Below are positions 39,536-48,171 of a DNA stretch of 64,000 nt, in pieces. The notes under the pieces are model-generated. The model had not been told where the DNA came from. It saw only the letters and a program-made list of their open reading frames with translations, and did not search any database. This DNA comes from Patescibacteria group bacterium (lineage in GTDB: Bacteria; Patescibacteriota; Patescibacteriia; UBA10025; JAHIVO01). Each line of letters starts with the position of its first letter. Position 1 is the stretch's first letter. The stretch is taken from the NCBI GenBank assembly GCA_041660605.1, contig JBAZWB010000002.1, positions 1,431 to 65,430 on the forward strand, given 5' to 3'. Both the position numbers and the translations under genes were made by a program.

Positions 39536-39608
39536 TGGGTCGTGCAGGGCTCGAACCTGCGACACCCTGCTTAAAAGGCAGGTGCTCTACCAACTGAGCT
39601 AACGACCC
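39536..39608 (-). tRNA. tRNA-Lys (anticodon UUU), no encoded CCA
   Basis: manual fold GGGTCGT-TA-GCTCAGTTGGTAGAGC-A-CCTGC-CTTTTAA-GCAGG-GTGTC-GCAGGTTCGAGCCCTGC-ACGACCC-A. Confidence 0.9.
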
Positions 39609-39853
39609 AGAGAGTTTTTAATTAATCCTCCAATATAATGTTTACTTTTGTGCTTTTTAATTTCTTTTTCAAACCGCAACGCTTCGGTTTTAGTAGGAAA
39701 GGATTTCTTATAAACCAGACTTAGCGATGAACGAGCCCTTGTCGCTCGCGAACGGCCCTGAAAATGACGTTTCAATCTGTCGGTCAAATTACTCGTACTA
39801 CCTGTATAATACCCTAAATCTTTTTTGCTTTGAAGGATTTAGACATAATGCAT
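39599..39853 (-). pseudogene. GIY-YIG nuclease (YhbQ-like) gene interrupted by in-frame TAA at conserved Tyr of YVYIL (TAA at 39839-39841)
   Basis: translation MHYV*ILQSKKDLGYYTGSTSNLTDRLKRHFQGRS...SLSLVYKKSFPTKTEALRFEKEIKKHKSK; 3' end overlaps tRNA-Lys 5' end by 10 nt. Confidence 0.65.
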
Positions 39854-39870
39854 ATCTTTTTAGTTCTCCA

Positions 39871-39962
39871 CGATACCTCCGCTCCAAAGGAGCGGAGTGC
39901 TCTACTTCACCCCGCCCAGTCAGGGCGGGGCAAGCTGCCTGCCTACCGTAACCCAGAGAGCC
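39871..39962. repeat. structured repeat copy B (inverted partner of copy A)
   Basis: cgataCCTCCGCTCCaaaGGAGCGGAGtgctctacttcaCCCCGCCCagtcaGGGCGGGGcaagctgcctgcctaccgtaacccagagagcc. Confidence 0.6.
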
Positions 39963-40101
39963 AAGGCGGGAACAAACAGCCCATAAAATTTTAAATTTAT
40001 TTTTGTTATGAAAATATAGTAGCAGAATTGAAATAAATACGCAAGCCTCTTGACCTTGACTCCGTTTAGAAATTTTGAGTCTCAATCAATTTCTAATGGG
40101 G

Positions 40102-40131
40102 TTGACAAATAATCATTTTTTATGTTAACGT
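40102..40131 (+). promoter_or_regulatory. candidate promoter: TTGACA -35 with weak -10 (TAACGT) at 18 nt
   Basis: gttgacaaataatcattttttatgttaacgt in AT-rich leader upstream of OMP-like gene. Confidence 0.3.
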
Positions 40132-40184
40132 ATTATATTAAAAACAGAACCTTAATATAAAAACAGCACTAGGAGGTGCCTATA

Positions 40185-41099
40185 ATGAAACGCAGTATTG
40201 TTTTCTCATTTTTCATCATTTGCCTATTTTGGACAGGCTTAATGGCGACTGATTCAACGACTGCTAAGCTCTCAATAACCTGCTATGGCCAGCTGCAATT
40301 CATCAGTAAAGACCCTGTATTCCAATACCAGGGTTTCAATATGCGCCGATTGCGGCCATCGGTTATATACACACAGAACGATAAGCTATCTTTCACCGGC
40401 GAAGTGCAGATCGGCAGCGGCCTGAAACTTCTCAGGGCGCACTTTGATTACCAGGCGATTCCCGGCTACTTGTATCTCAAAGGCGGACAATTTCCAAACC
40501 GTTTGATGTTCTTCGAGTCATCGCCTACCCGCAAGTACTTCGTCCTCGTCAGTCACCTTGACTACTATATCGAGGACCAGAATCCGACGGGTATAGCAGC
40601 CTACGGCCACTACAAGTTCTTTGCTTGGGAGTTACAAGTAACAAACGGGACTGTTACCGGAGCACCAGACAATAACGAACAGAAAGAAGTAAACTTCTGG
40701 ACCGAATGGAAAATCTCGCACGCCATTTTGTTAAGCACCTGCCTACAGCGCGGCAGACAACTAATTGACGAAAGGACAACAGCCTGGATTCAACTGAAAA
40801 CCGAGTACCTTGGACTCAACAGTGAGATCGGGGCAATTAACCAATCTTACAGCACCTCTACCTGCGGATTCTACCTCAATAACAAATTCCAAATCAGTCA
40901 ATTTGTGGCAATCGCCGGCAGAGTCGCCTTGCCCGTTGATCACAGTGAAGTGGTCATGGCTAACGGCTATATCGCCCGGAATGATCTGGAATTTACGCCA
41001 GGAGTGATTGTCAGCAAGGACAATTTCACGGCCAAGCTGAATACCATTATAAGCAGAAACGAACCAAGGTATGCAGCGGAAATTCAGTTCATTTTCTAA
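40185..41099 (+). CDS. predicted outer-membrane beta-barrel-like protein (signal peptide; C-terminal ...YAAEIQFIF)
   Basis: AGGAGG SD 40171-40176; start ATG 40185 preferred over GTG 40176; signal peptide MKRSIVFSFFIICLFWTGLMA; alternating-hydrophobic C-terminus ending in Phe. Confidence 0.6.
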   Translation: MKRSIVFSFFIICLFWTGLMATDSTTAKLSITCYGQLQFISKDPVFQYQGFNMRRLRPSVIYTQNDKLSFTGEVQIGSGLKLLRAHFDYQAIPGYLYLKGGQFPNRLMFFESSPTRKYFVLVSHLDYYIEDQNPTGIAAYGHYKFFAWELQVTNGTVTGAPDNNEQKEVNFWTEWKISHAILLSTCLQRGRQLIDERTTAWIQLKTEYLGLNSEIGAINQSYSTSTCGFYLNNKFQISQFVAIAGRVALPVDHSEVVMANGYIARNDLEFTPGVIVSKDNFTAKLNTIISRNEPRYAAEIQFIF

Positions 41100-41211
41100 C
41101 GTTTCAAGTGCTATTGTTATCGAACAAACAACGCGGCCAGCTCTCCCCCAGGGAAAGTTGGTCGTTTTTATAGTGGACAAGCTGTGAATACTATTGTGTA
41201 TATAATGAGCC

Positions 41212-41240
41212 TTGCTCAATGCGCGTTTTGGAGTTAAAAT
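41212..41240 (+). promoter_or_regulatory. candidate promoter TTGCTC-17-TAAAAT upstream of dnaB (also TGtATATAA extended -10 at 41196-41206)
   Basis: ttgctcaatgcgcgttttggagttaaaat. Confidence 0.35.
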
Positions 41241-41258
41241 ACATACACTATCAAATTT

Positions 41259-42620
41259 ATGGCCAACCAAAATATAGAAAAATTACCGCCCCAGAACCTG
41301 GAGGCCGAAAAGTCAGTTTTAGGCTCACTTTTGATTGATAAAGACGCCATTATCAGTATAGCCGACATTCTCATGCCTGATGACTTTTATAAAGACATGC
41401 ATGGTGATATTTTTGATGCCATGCTGGAATTGTTTGAAAACCGCGAACCGATAGACGTCGTTTCCCTGTCCAATAAACTGGAAGAAAAAGGACAGCTGGA
41501 AACTATCGGGGGACGAAGTTTCCTAGCCAGCCTGGCCAATATGGTGCCCAGCTCTTCCCACGTGGTCAATTATGCCCAAATCGTCCAGAAAAAAGCGACC
41601 CTCAGGAGATTACTGCAGGTGGCTTCGGAGATTACCAGCCTTGGCTATCAGGAAACGGAGAGCATGGAATCCCTGCTGGATAAGGCGGAACAGAGAATTT
41701 TCGGGGTCTCGCAGAAATACCTGAAACAGAACTTTATTCCCATTAAATCCGTTCTTACCGACGCCTTTGACCGCATCGACGAACTGCATCGCGAATCGGG
41801 CAAATTAAGGGGCATACCGACCGGATTTGGCGCCCTGGATAATATCTTAGCCGGACTACAGAAATCCGACCTGATAATTCTGGCCGCCAGGCCTTCAATC
41901 GGTAAAACCACTCTCGCCCTGGATATTGCCCGCCAAGTGGCAGTCAATAACAAAGTGCCGGTAGGCATCTTCAGCTTGGAAATGTCCAAGGAGCAGCTAG
42001 TTGACCGCATGCTATGCGCCCAGGCCGGCGTGGAGCTATGGAAAATGAGGACAGGCAGACTGTCCGAAGATGAAGATTTTTCCAATATCGGCCATGCCAT
42101 GGGCGCCCTGTCCGAAGCGCCGATTTTCATCGACGATTCCGCCACCGCCAATATTATGGAAATCAGGACCAAGGCCAGGCGCCTGCAAGCTGAACATAAT
42201 CTCGGCCTAATAGTGCTGGACTATTTACAGCTGATGCAGGGAACCCACGGCATAGAGAACCGCGTGCAGGAAATATCAGAAATTACTAGATCCTTGAAGG
42301 CAGTAGCGCGCGAATTGAACATACCGGTTTTGGCTTTATCACAGTTATCCCGCGCCGTGGAATCACGCACCCCTCCGATACCCAAGCTGGCCGACCTCCG
42401 TGAATCTGGCTCAATCGAGCAGGACGCTGACATTGTGATGTTCATTTATCGCGAAGGCATGTACAAAAAAGACATTGACCCCTCCAGGAAAAACATCGCG
42501 GAAATTCTTATTGCCAAGCATCGCAACGGCCCGACCGGGCAGATCCAGCTGTTTTTCGATGAAAATAAAGTGAGCTTCAAAAATCTTGAGCGTAAAATGG
42601 ACGTTGAACCGGCTTTTTAA
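41259..42620 (+). CDS. dnaB: replicative DNA helicase DnaB
   Basis: 453 aa; N-terminal DnaB domain LEAEKSVLGSLLID; Walker A GKTTLAL; RecA-like C-term. Confidence 0.95.
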   Translation: MANQNIEKLPPQNLEAEKSVLGSLLIDKDAIISIADILMPDDFYKDMHGDIFDAMLELFENREPIDVVSLSNKLEEKGQLETIGGRSFLASLANMVPSSSHVVNYAQIVQKKATLRRLLQVASEITSLGYQETESMESLLDKAEQRIFGVSQKYLKQNFIPIKSVLTDAFDRIDELHRESGKLRGIPTGFGALDNILAGLQKSDLIILAARPSIGKTTLALDIARQVAVNNKVPVGIFSLEMSKEQLVDRMLCAQAGVELWKMRTGRLSEDEDFSNIGHAMGALSEAPIFIDDSATANIMEIRTKARRLQAEHNLGLIVLDYLQLMQGTHGIENRVQEISEITRSLKAVARELNIPVLALSQLSRAVESRTPPIPKLADLRESGSIEQDADIVMFIYREGMYKKDIDPSRKNIAEILIAKHRNGPTGQIQLFFDENKVSFKNLERKMDVEPAF

Positions 42621-42664
42621 AAAAGGCAGATAGCTAATTGCATATGGCGGATAATAAAAATAAA

Positions 42665-42693
42665 CTATAAGCTATTTGCTATAGGCTATAAAC
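42665..42693. repeat. intergenic copy of ATAAGCTAT/GCTATAGGCTATA motif family
   Basis: ctataagctatttgctataggctataaac between dnaB and ybaB. Confidence 0.55.
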
Positions 42694-42709
42694 AATAAAC
42701 TAAAAACCT

Positions 42710-43009
42710 ATGTTTAATAAAATCAAGCAATTTAAAGAACTCCGCGACCAGGCCACGGAGATGAAAAAAATGCTGGCCCAGGAAACGGTCCACGCTGATG
42801 CCGCTCATGGAAAAATAAATGTGGTAATGGATGGCAATATGGAAATACTGTCAGTTGAAATAAATCCAGAACTGCTAAGCGTAGAAAAAAAAGAAAATTT
42901 AGAATCCGCAGTGCGCGACTCAGTCAATGAAGCTGTAAAAAAAGCCCAACGGGTCATGGCGCAGAAAATCCAGAGTATGGGCGGTTTAAATATGCCAGGA
43001 CTATCCTAA
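42710..43009 (+). CDS. ybaB: nucleoid-associated protein YbaB/EbfC
   Basis: 99 aa; typical YbaB size/sequence; classic ybaB-recR pairing. Confidence 0.85.
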   Translation: MFNKIKQFKELRDQATEMKKMLAQETVHADAAHGKINVVMDGNMEILSVEINPELLSVEKKENLESAVRDSVNEAVKKAQRVMAQKIQSMGGLNMPGLS

Positions 43010-43012
43010 ATT

Positions 43013-43618
43013 ATGGATACCTACCCTGATTCAATTAATAAATTAATAGAAAAATTTTTCAGCCTGCCCGGCATCGGCCCAAAAGCCGCCGAGCGCATTG
43101 TTTTTTATTTGCTGAAACAACCGCCAGCCGTCATTAATGATTTAATGAGCAACCTTGCCAACCTGAAAAAAGAAATAGTAATCTGCCAGCAATGTTTCAA
43201 CGTTTCCGCAAAAAATCCCTGCGAATTTTGCCAAGACGCTAAGCGCGATAAAACAATCATTTGCGTGATTTCTGAACCCCAGGATCTGCAGATCATTGAA
43301 AAGACTGGAGAATACCGCGGACTATATCATATCCTCGGGGGCAACCTGAATCCAGTGGAAGGCATTACTCCTGAAAAACTGCATATTGAACAGCTGATCA
43401 ATAGGATCCAGCAAAAATCCGCGGTTAAAGAAATAATTATCGCCACCAACCCGGATCTGGAAGGAGAATCAACGGCCATGTATCTGACGCGGAAATTAAA
43501 AGATTTTCCGGTGAAAATCACCCGCCTGGCCAAAGGCCTGTCCATGGGTTCAACGATAGAATATGCTGACGAAGTCACCATGTCAAACGCGCTGAAGGGG
43601 CGCCAGGAAATAAAATAA
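43013..43618 (+). CDS. recR: recombination protein RecR
   Basis: HhH N-term LPGIGPKAAERI, C4 zinc finger CQQCFN...CEFC, Toprim domain. Confidence 0.93.
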   Translation: MDTYPDSINKLIEKFFSLPGIGPKAAERIVFYLLKQPPAVINDLMSNLANLKKEIVICQQCFNVSAKNPCEFCQDAKRDKTIICVISEPQDLQIIEKTGEYRGLYHILGGNLNPVEGITPEKLHIEQLINRIQQKSAVKEIIIATNPDLEGESTAMYLTRKLKDFPVKITRLAKGLSMGSTIEYADEVTMSNALKGRQEIK

Positions 43619-43624
43619 AATAAA

Positions 43625-43660
43625 CAAAAAATTTCCCGAGTACCAGGAAATTTTTTTATT
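43625..43660. terminator. bidirectional rho-independent terminator (recR / rplU convergent)
   Basis: AAAAAATTTCCcgagtaccaGGAAATTTTTTT. Confidence 0.65.
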
Positions 43661-43664
43661 TATA

Positions 43665-43976
43665 CTAACCTATTTTTTCAATTTTTACCTTAGTAAACTG
43701 CTGGCGATGGCCTCTTTTTCTCCGATAGCGTACTTTTGATTTGAACTTAACAACCAGCACTTTTTTAGCCTTACCTTCTTCAGTAACTTTTCCAGTCGCT
43801 TTTACACCTTTTAAATAAGGCTTTCCCAGTTCAACTTTCTTACCGTCGGAAAACAAGAGCACCTTATCGAAAGAAACGCTGGCTCCTTTCTTTTTATCCA
43901 GTTTTTCGCAGGTTAAAACCTGTCCTTCGTGCACTTTGTACTGCTTGCCGCCCGTAGCGATGATTGCGTATTTCAT
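43665..43976 (-). CDS. rplU: 50S ribosomal protein L21
   Basis: MKYAIIATGGKQYKVHEGQVL... Confidence 0.9.
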   Translation of the reverse strand: MKYAIIATGGKQYKVHEGQVLTCEKLDKKKGASVSFDKVLLFSDGKKVELGKPYLKGVKATGKVTEEGKAKKVLVVKFKSKVRYRRKRGHRQQFTKVKIEKIG

Positions 43977-44048
43977 ATAGGTAAAATAAAAAGCTTAATA
44001 ATTAAAGCTTAGGTAGACTTACTCTTGATCATTGATATTCTAGCAGAC

Positions 44049-44534
44049 CTATTTATCTTTGTCAAAATTGATCGTCACTTCCTGCCCGACCTGCCAGTGG
44101 TTAGTATCGGCATAGCCGCTGTTAACTTCCAGTACATAATTAGCCGCCGCCTCCGGAATAATGCTGGCAACTCCGGGCGCAACCTTGGATGAAATAAAAG
44201 CGATTTTGCCGTCCTGAATCCAAATGATATCCAGAGGGAAATTCATGTTGATCATATTAAACGGGTACTTGGCGCTCTGACTAAAAACAAAAAGCATGGC
44301 GCGATCTGCGGGCAAGCTCTTGCGCCCGGATAGGCCCTTGGCTAAAGCCTGCGGAGTGTCGGCAATTTCTGCTTTGAAAGTGCTCTTGCCGATAGTCACC
44401 GTGGCCGTCTCTTTGATAACCATTTTTAAATAGTACGGCATCTCTTCCTCGATGCGGCTTCCGCCAACCGTCCAAAAAATTGAACCGATTATAATGGCGA
44501 TTATTATTAAGATCCAAATGCCTCGGTTGCCCAT
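44049..44534 (-). CDS. DUF192 (COG1430) family protein with N-terminal TM
   Basis: AMLFVFSQ...FPLDIIWIQDGKI...YVLEVNSGY signature. Confidence 0.7.
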   Translation of the reverse strand: MGNRGIWILIIIAIIIGSIFWTVGGSRIEEEMPYYLKMVIKETATVTIGKSTFKAEIADTPQALAKGLSGRKSLPADRAMLFVFSQSAKYPFNMINMNFPLDIIWIQDGKIAFISSKVAPGVASIIPEAAANYVLEVNSGYADTNHWQVGQEVTINFDKDK

Positions 44535-44544
44535 GATACGAAAT

Positions 44545-45675
44545 CTAATTAATATTATCGGCTGGCTTACTTCTCCTCCGATACGCCAATACTACGGCCA
44601 GGCCGGCAATAATCATAATAGCAGTTAATATCAATAAAGCAATCAGTTTCTGCCGTCCCGCAGTAAACAGGGCCGACAAACCGAATAAAACACTGATAAA
44701 ATAAAGGAGCAAAACCGCCTGACGGTGCGAGAGGCCCGCGTCCAGCAGGCGGAAATGAAAATGCTTTTTATCGGCCGTGCCGAACGGAGATTTTTTCTCA
44801 AAGAATGTCCGCCTGATAATTACCCAGAGGACGTCTAAAATCGGTATGCCCATGATTAATAAGGCAGTGGCGATTTTTGCTCCGGAAATAATCGACAAGA
44901 CGCCGAGCATAAAACCGGCGAACAGGCTGCCTCCCTCCCCCAGAAAAATCTTCGCCGGATGAAAATTAAAAAATAAGAACCCGGCCATGGCCCCGGCCAG
45001 GATGATTGCCAGAAGCGCCGTTTCCGGCTGGGCCACGACTTTGTCCAGACTGAGGAAAAAAAGGACTAATGAGCCGATAGTGGTAATACCCGCCACCAGC
45101 CCATCCAGCCCGTCTAAAAATTTGGTGGTGTAGGTCATGCCCATCAGCCAGACAAAAGCGAATAAATCCGCAAATAAGGTAAAATAATACGGTATATTAT
45201 TTATGGTAAAAATTTTTATTGAAATTCTGTCTAAATTTAAAACCCCGCCGAAAGGGTTGGTAATATAGGCGATGCCTACGCCGGAAGCAATGACCGCCAA
45301 GCAAGCCAAAATTGGCCAGACGATCTGCCTGCTCGGTTTCAAATTATGTTTATCATCCAGATAACCGCCGACCATGATTAATCCGCCAGCGATAAAAAGG
45401 CCTATTAAATACTTTGGCAGCATATACCCGCCGATTATTCTGTCGGAAAATAAGGCGTAGCCAAGCGTTACCAAAGTTACGGTAAAAAATATCGCCAAAC
45501 CGCCGAGCAAAGGCACCGGCCTTTTCTGTGCCTTGCGTTCAGGCGCGCTGTTTGCGGAGTCGGTAATCCCGCGCTTCAAGGCCAGCCTCCTGATCATTAA
45601 AGTAAAAAAAATCGACAAAGCGCCGGATAATAGGAAAGGAATGATGTAATGATAGTAGCTAAGATATTTTCCCAT
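44545..45675 (-). CDS. glycosyltransferase family 4 polyprenyl-phosphate sugar-1-phosphate transferase (MraY/WecA-like)
   Basis: 376 aa, about 10 TM, MraY/WecA-like N-terminal region. Confidence 0.65.
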   Translation of the reverse strand: MGKYLSYYHYIIPFLLSGALSIFFTLMIRRLALKRGITDSANSAPERKAQKRPVPLLGGLAIFFTVTLVTLGYALFSDRIIGGYMLPKYLIGLFIAGGLIMVGGYLDDKHNLKPSRQIVWPILACLAVIASGVGIAYITNPFGGVLNLDRISIKIFTINNIPYYFTLFADLFAFVWLMGMTYTTKFLDGLDGLVAGITTIGSLVLFFLSLDKVVAQPETALLAIILAGAMAGFLFFNFHPAKIFLGEGGSLFAGFMLGVLSIISGAKIATALLIMGIPILDVLWVIIRRTFFEKKSPFGTADKKHFHFRLLDAGLSHRQAVLLLYFISVLFGLSALFTAGRQKLIALLILTAIMIIAGLAVVLAYRRRSKPADNIN

Positions 45676-46084
45676 GGTTTCTGTCGAGATATGTTTGTAA
45701 AATTATTTGCGCGGCCTGCTGATCAATGTTCTGCCTGAAATCTTTTTCTTTTTTGTGGGCTTCATGGGACAAATTCCTGACCATAACACTGGTAAACCTT
45801 TCATCCTCATAAAAAATCGGCAGGTGGCAGACTTCAGACAATTGCCTGCCAAATTCCTTGACTTTAGCCGCCGCTTCGCCAATCTGGCCATTCTGGTCCA
45901 GCGGCAGGCCAATAACAAGCCCCTCTGCCTCTTCCTGGCGGCAGTATTCAGCAATTTTTTCAATGGCCTGATCTCTGGTGGCTTTTTCAATCCTTTCACG
46001 CGCAAAAGCGTATTTCCGGTCTTCGCTGGATATGGCCAGCCCGATATATCTGCTTCCATAATCAACACCCAAAACTTTTCCCAT
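45659..46084 (-). CDS. ruvX: Holliday junction resolvase-like protein RuvX/YqgF
   Basis: LGVDYGSRYIGLAIS N-terminus, 141 aa. Confidence 0.85.
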   Translation of the reverse strand: MGKVLGVDYGSRYIGLAISSEDRKYAFARERIEKATRDQAIEKIAEYCRQEEAEGLVIGLPLDQNGQIGEAAAKVKEFGRQLSEVCHLPIFYEDERFTSVMVRNLSHEAHKKEKDFRQNIDQQAAQIILQTYLDRNHGKIS

Positions 46085-46090
46085 TTGAAA

Positions 46091-46837
46091 TTATTTAGTT
46101 AATATTTTCGGGCCATTTTTGGTAATGGCAATCGTGTGTTCAAAATGGGCTGATAAAGAATGGTCAACCGTTATGACGGTCCAGCCGTCCGTCTCCGTTA
46201 TTACTTCCGGCCCCCCGATATTGACCATGGGCTCCAGGGCCAGCACCATGCCTTCTTCAAGTATGATGCCTTGATGCTTATCCCCAAAATTAGGTACCCG
46301 CGGCTCTTCATGCACCTCATAACCGACACCATGACCAACCAGGCTGCGTACCACGGAAAAATTATATTTCTCCACGAATGTCTGAATCGCATAGCCGATG
46401 TCGCCGATCCGGCTTCCTGGCCTGGCATTTTTTATTCCTTCATAAAGTGCCTGTTCTGTCACCTTAATCAGTTTCTTAGCTTCGGGGGGGACTTCACCGA
46501 CCGGCACGGTAACTGCCATATCAGTAAAAAAATCCTGATACTCTACTCCGATATCAATGCCGACAATATCGCCATTCTTAAGCTTGCGCCCGGCCCTTGG
46601 AATGCCATGAACCACCCCATGATTTATGGAGATGCAGGTGGCGTTCGGATAGCCTTCGAAGCCTTTGAACGACGGCTTGGCTCCTGATTTTAGTATTAAA
46701 GATTCAGCCAGTTTATCTAATTCTAAAACGTCTTTGCCGGGCTTGGCATTTTTTGCCACTTCATAGACGACTCCGGCTAAAATCTTGCCTGATCTGGCTA
46801 GCAATTGGATTTCTTCTGGCTTCTTTTTGGTAATCAT
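46091..46837 (-). CDS. map: type I methionine aminopeptidase
   Basis: 248 aa; pita-bread fold metal ligands (D..D..H..E..E pattern), ...HFEHTIAIT. Confidence 0.93.
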   Translation of the reverse strand: MITKKKPEEIQLLARSGKILAGVVYEVAKNAKPGKDVLELDKLAESLILKSGAKPSFKGFEGYPNATCISINHGVVHGIPRAGRKLKNGDIVGIDIGVEYQDFFTDMAVTVPVGEVPPEAKKLIKVTEQALYEGIKNARPGSRIGDIGYAIQTFVEKYNFSVVRSLVGHGVGYEVHEEPRVPNFGDKHQGIILEEGMVLALEPMVNIGGPEVITETDGWTVITVDHSLSAHFEHTIAITKNGPKILTK

Positions 46838-47502
46838 TTTTTTGCTATTTTTTTCAATACTTCTTCAGTCACCTGATTTATCGGCGGTTCTCCGTTTATT
46901 AAAATTAAAACTCCTTTTTTTCTGTAATAATCAATGACTGGTTTTGTTTGTTTATTGAAAATTTCCAGCCGTTTCGCAATAGCACTGGGCTTGTCGTCGT
47001 CCCGCTGATAGATCTCTCCGCCGCACTTGGGACAAACCCGCTGCCTGGCTTTTAAATTCACTCCCTCAATGAATATCCTCTTGCATTGGCGGCAGGTGCG
47101 CCTTAATTCCAGCCTCCGGATGGTGGTTTTTTTGGATATTGGCAGATAAAAAACATGTGAAATCGTTCTTCCGATTTGTACCAGTATCTTATTTAAAGCC
47201 CGGGCTTGTTTTAAATTTCGCGGATACCCGTCGAACAAAAGGCCCTTATTTTTTGGAGTATTTTTTACTGCCTGTCCGACAATTTTTATGACAAAATCCG
47301 AGGGTACCAGGTTGCCTTTGATGTTAATTATTCTATTGATTCTGCGGCCAAGGGCGCTTTTTTGGCGGGCCAGCTTTCGGAAGATGACGCCTGTCCCGAT
47401 ATAATGCAATCTGAATTTTTTAACTAAAAATTCCGCCTGCGTGCCTTTGCCAGACCCCTGCGGGCCGAGAATAATAACATTAAATTCTTTTCCCTTAATC
47501 AT
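46834..47502 (-). CDS. adk: adenylate kinase (zinc-lid type)
   Basis: GPQGSGKGTQA P-loop; lid CRQCKRIF...CPKCGGE. Confidence 0.93.
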   Translation of the reverse strand: MIKGKEFNVIILGPQGSGKGTQAEFLVKKFRLHYIGTGVIFRKLARQKSALGRRINRIINIKGNLVPSDFVIKIVGQAVKNTPKNKGLLFDGYPRNLKQARALNKILVQIGRTISHVFYLPISKKTTIRRLELRRTCRQCKRIFIEGVNLKARQRVCPKCGGEIYQRDDDKPSAIAKRLEIFNKQTKPVIDYYRKKGVLILINGEPPINQVTEEVLKKIAKK

Positions 47503-48088
47503 TTTGTATCTGCTGGATAATTTTATTAGTACCCTCCCGCAATTCTTCGATTGATCTGATATTTACCAGCATATAGTCGGCCATGGCAATCGGTCCGCCT
47601 TTTTCTATTTTTTCGATCTCGGCATAATCCCTGGACTCGGCTTCGGTACGTGAAAAAGAACGATACTTCATTTTCGGGTCATCCTTGTACCTTGAGCTCC
47701 TGTCCTCCAGCCGCGCGTATCTTAATTTTGGCGGGGCGAAAACGGACACTACTAAAAAACCGTCTCCATACTTTTTTTTGAATTCCTTGTATTCCGACCA
47801 GCTGTACAACCCATCACAAATAACCGGGCGGCTATTAGCCAGCATTTTTTCAATTTTTGGAAAATTTAAAATCGCAAAAGCGGCTGGGCCGTAATTTTTT
47901 CTGAATTCTTCTCGTATCGGCCTTTCATTTTCCTCTTTTGGCTCAAGGCCGCGGTGCTTAACTTCATCAAGCGTGATTTGGCCTAATCTCAGATATTGAT
48001 AGCCGGCTTTGGTGAAAACATCCGCCACTTCGCTTTTTCCCGAACCGCACATGCCCACTAAAGCCACGATTTTTTGTTCATTTTTCAT
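47495..48088 (-). CDS. P-loop nucleotide/nucleoside kinase-family protein (dephospho-CoA kinase-like), exact activity unclear
   Basis: VALVGMCGSGKSEVADVF Walker A; 197 aa. Confidence 0.45.
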   Translation of the reverse strand: MKNEQKIVALVGMCGSGKSEVADVFTKAGYQYLRLGQITLDEVKHRGLEPKEENERPIREEFRKNYGPAAFAILNFPKIEKMLANSRPVICDGLYSWSEYKEFKKKYGDGFLVVSVFAPPKLRYARLEDRSSRYKDDPKMKYRSFSRTEAESRDYAEIEKIEKGGPIAMADYMLVNIRSIEELREGTNKIIQQIQND

Positions 48089-48171
48089 ACTTTCTTATTA
48101 TACCTTAATTTTACTGAAAATAAAAAACCGGCTTTTGAATAAAGCCAGCCCGGTTGGAGTCTTAGCGAAGC

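Noticed and set aside
39798-40085. 95-aa minus-strand ORF overlapping repeat copy B and the AT-rich leader
   Set aside because: It spans the GC hairpins of the repeat and an AT-rich promoter region. It has a Cys/Arg-rich translation typical of reading through structured DNA, and no start signals.
45703-46068. 121-aa alternative minus-strand frame overlapping ruvX
   Set aside because: The RuvX/YqgF frame (45659-46084) has the conserved LGVDYGSRYIGLAIS N-terminus. The alternative frame is Arg/Lys-rich with no motif.
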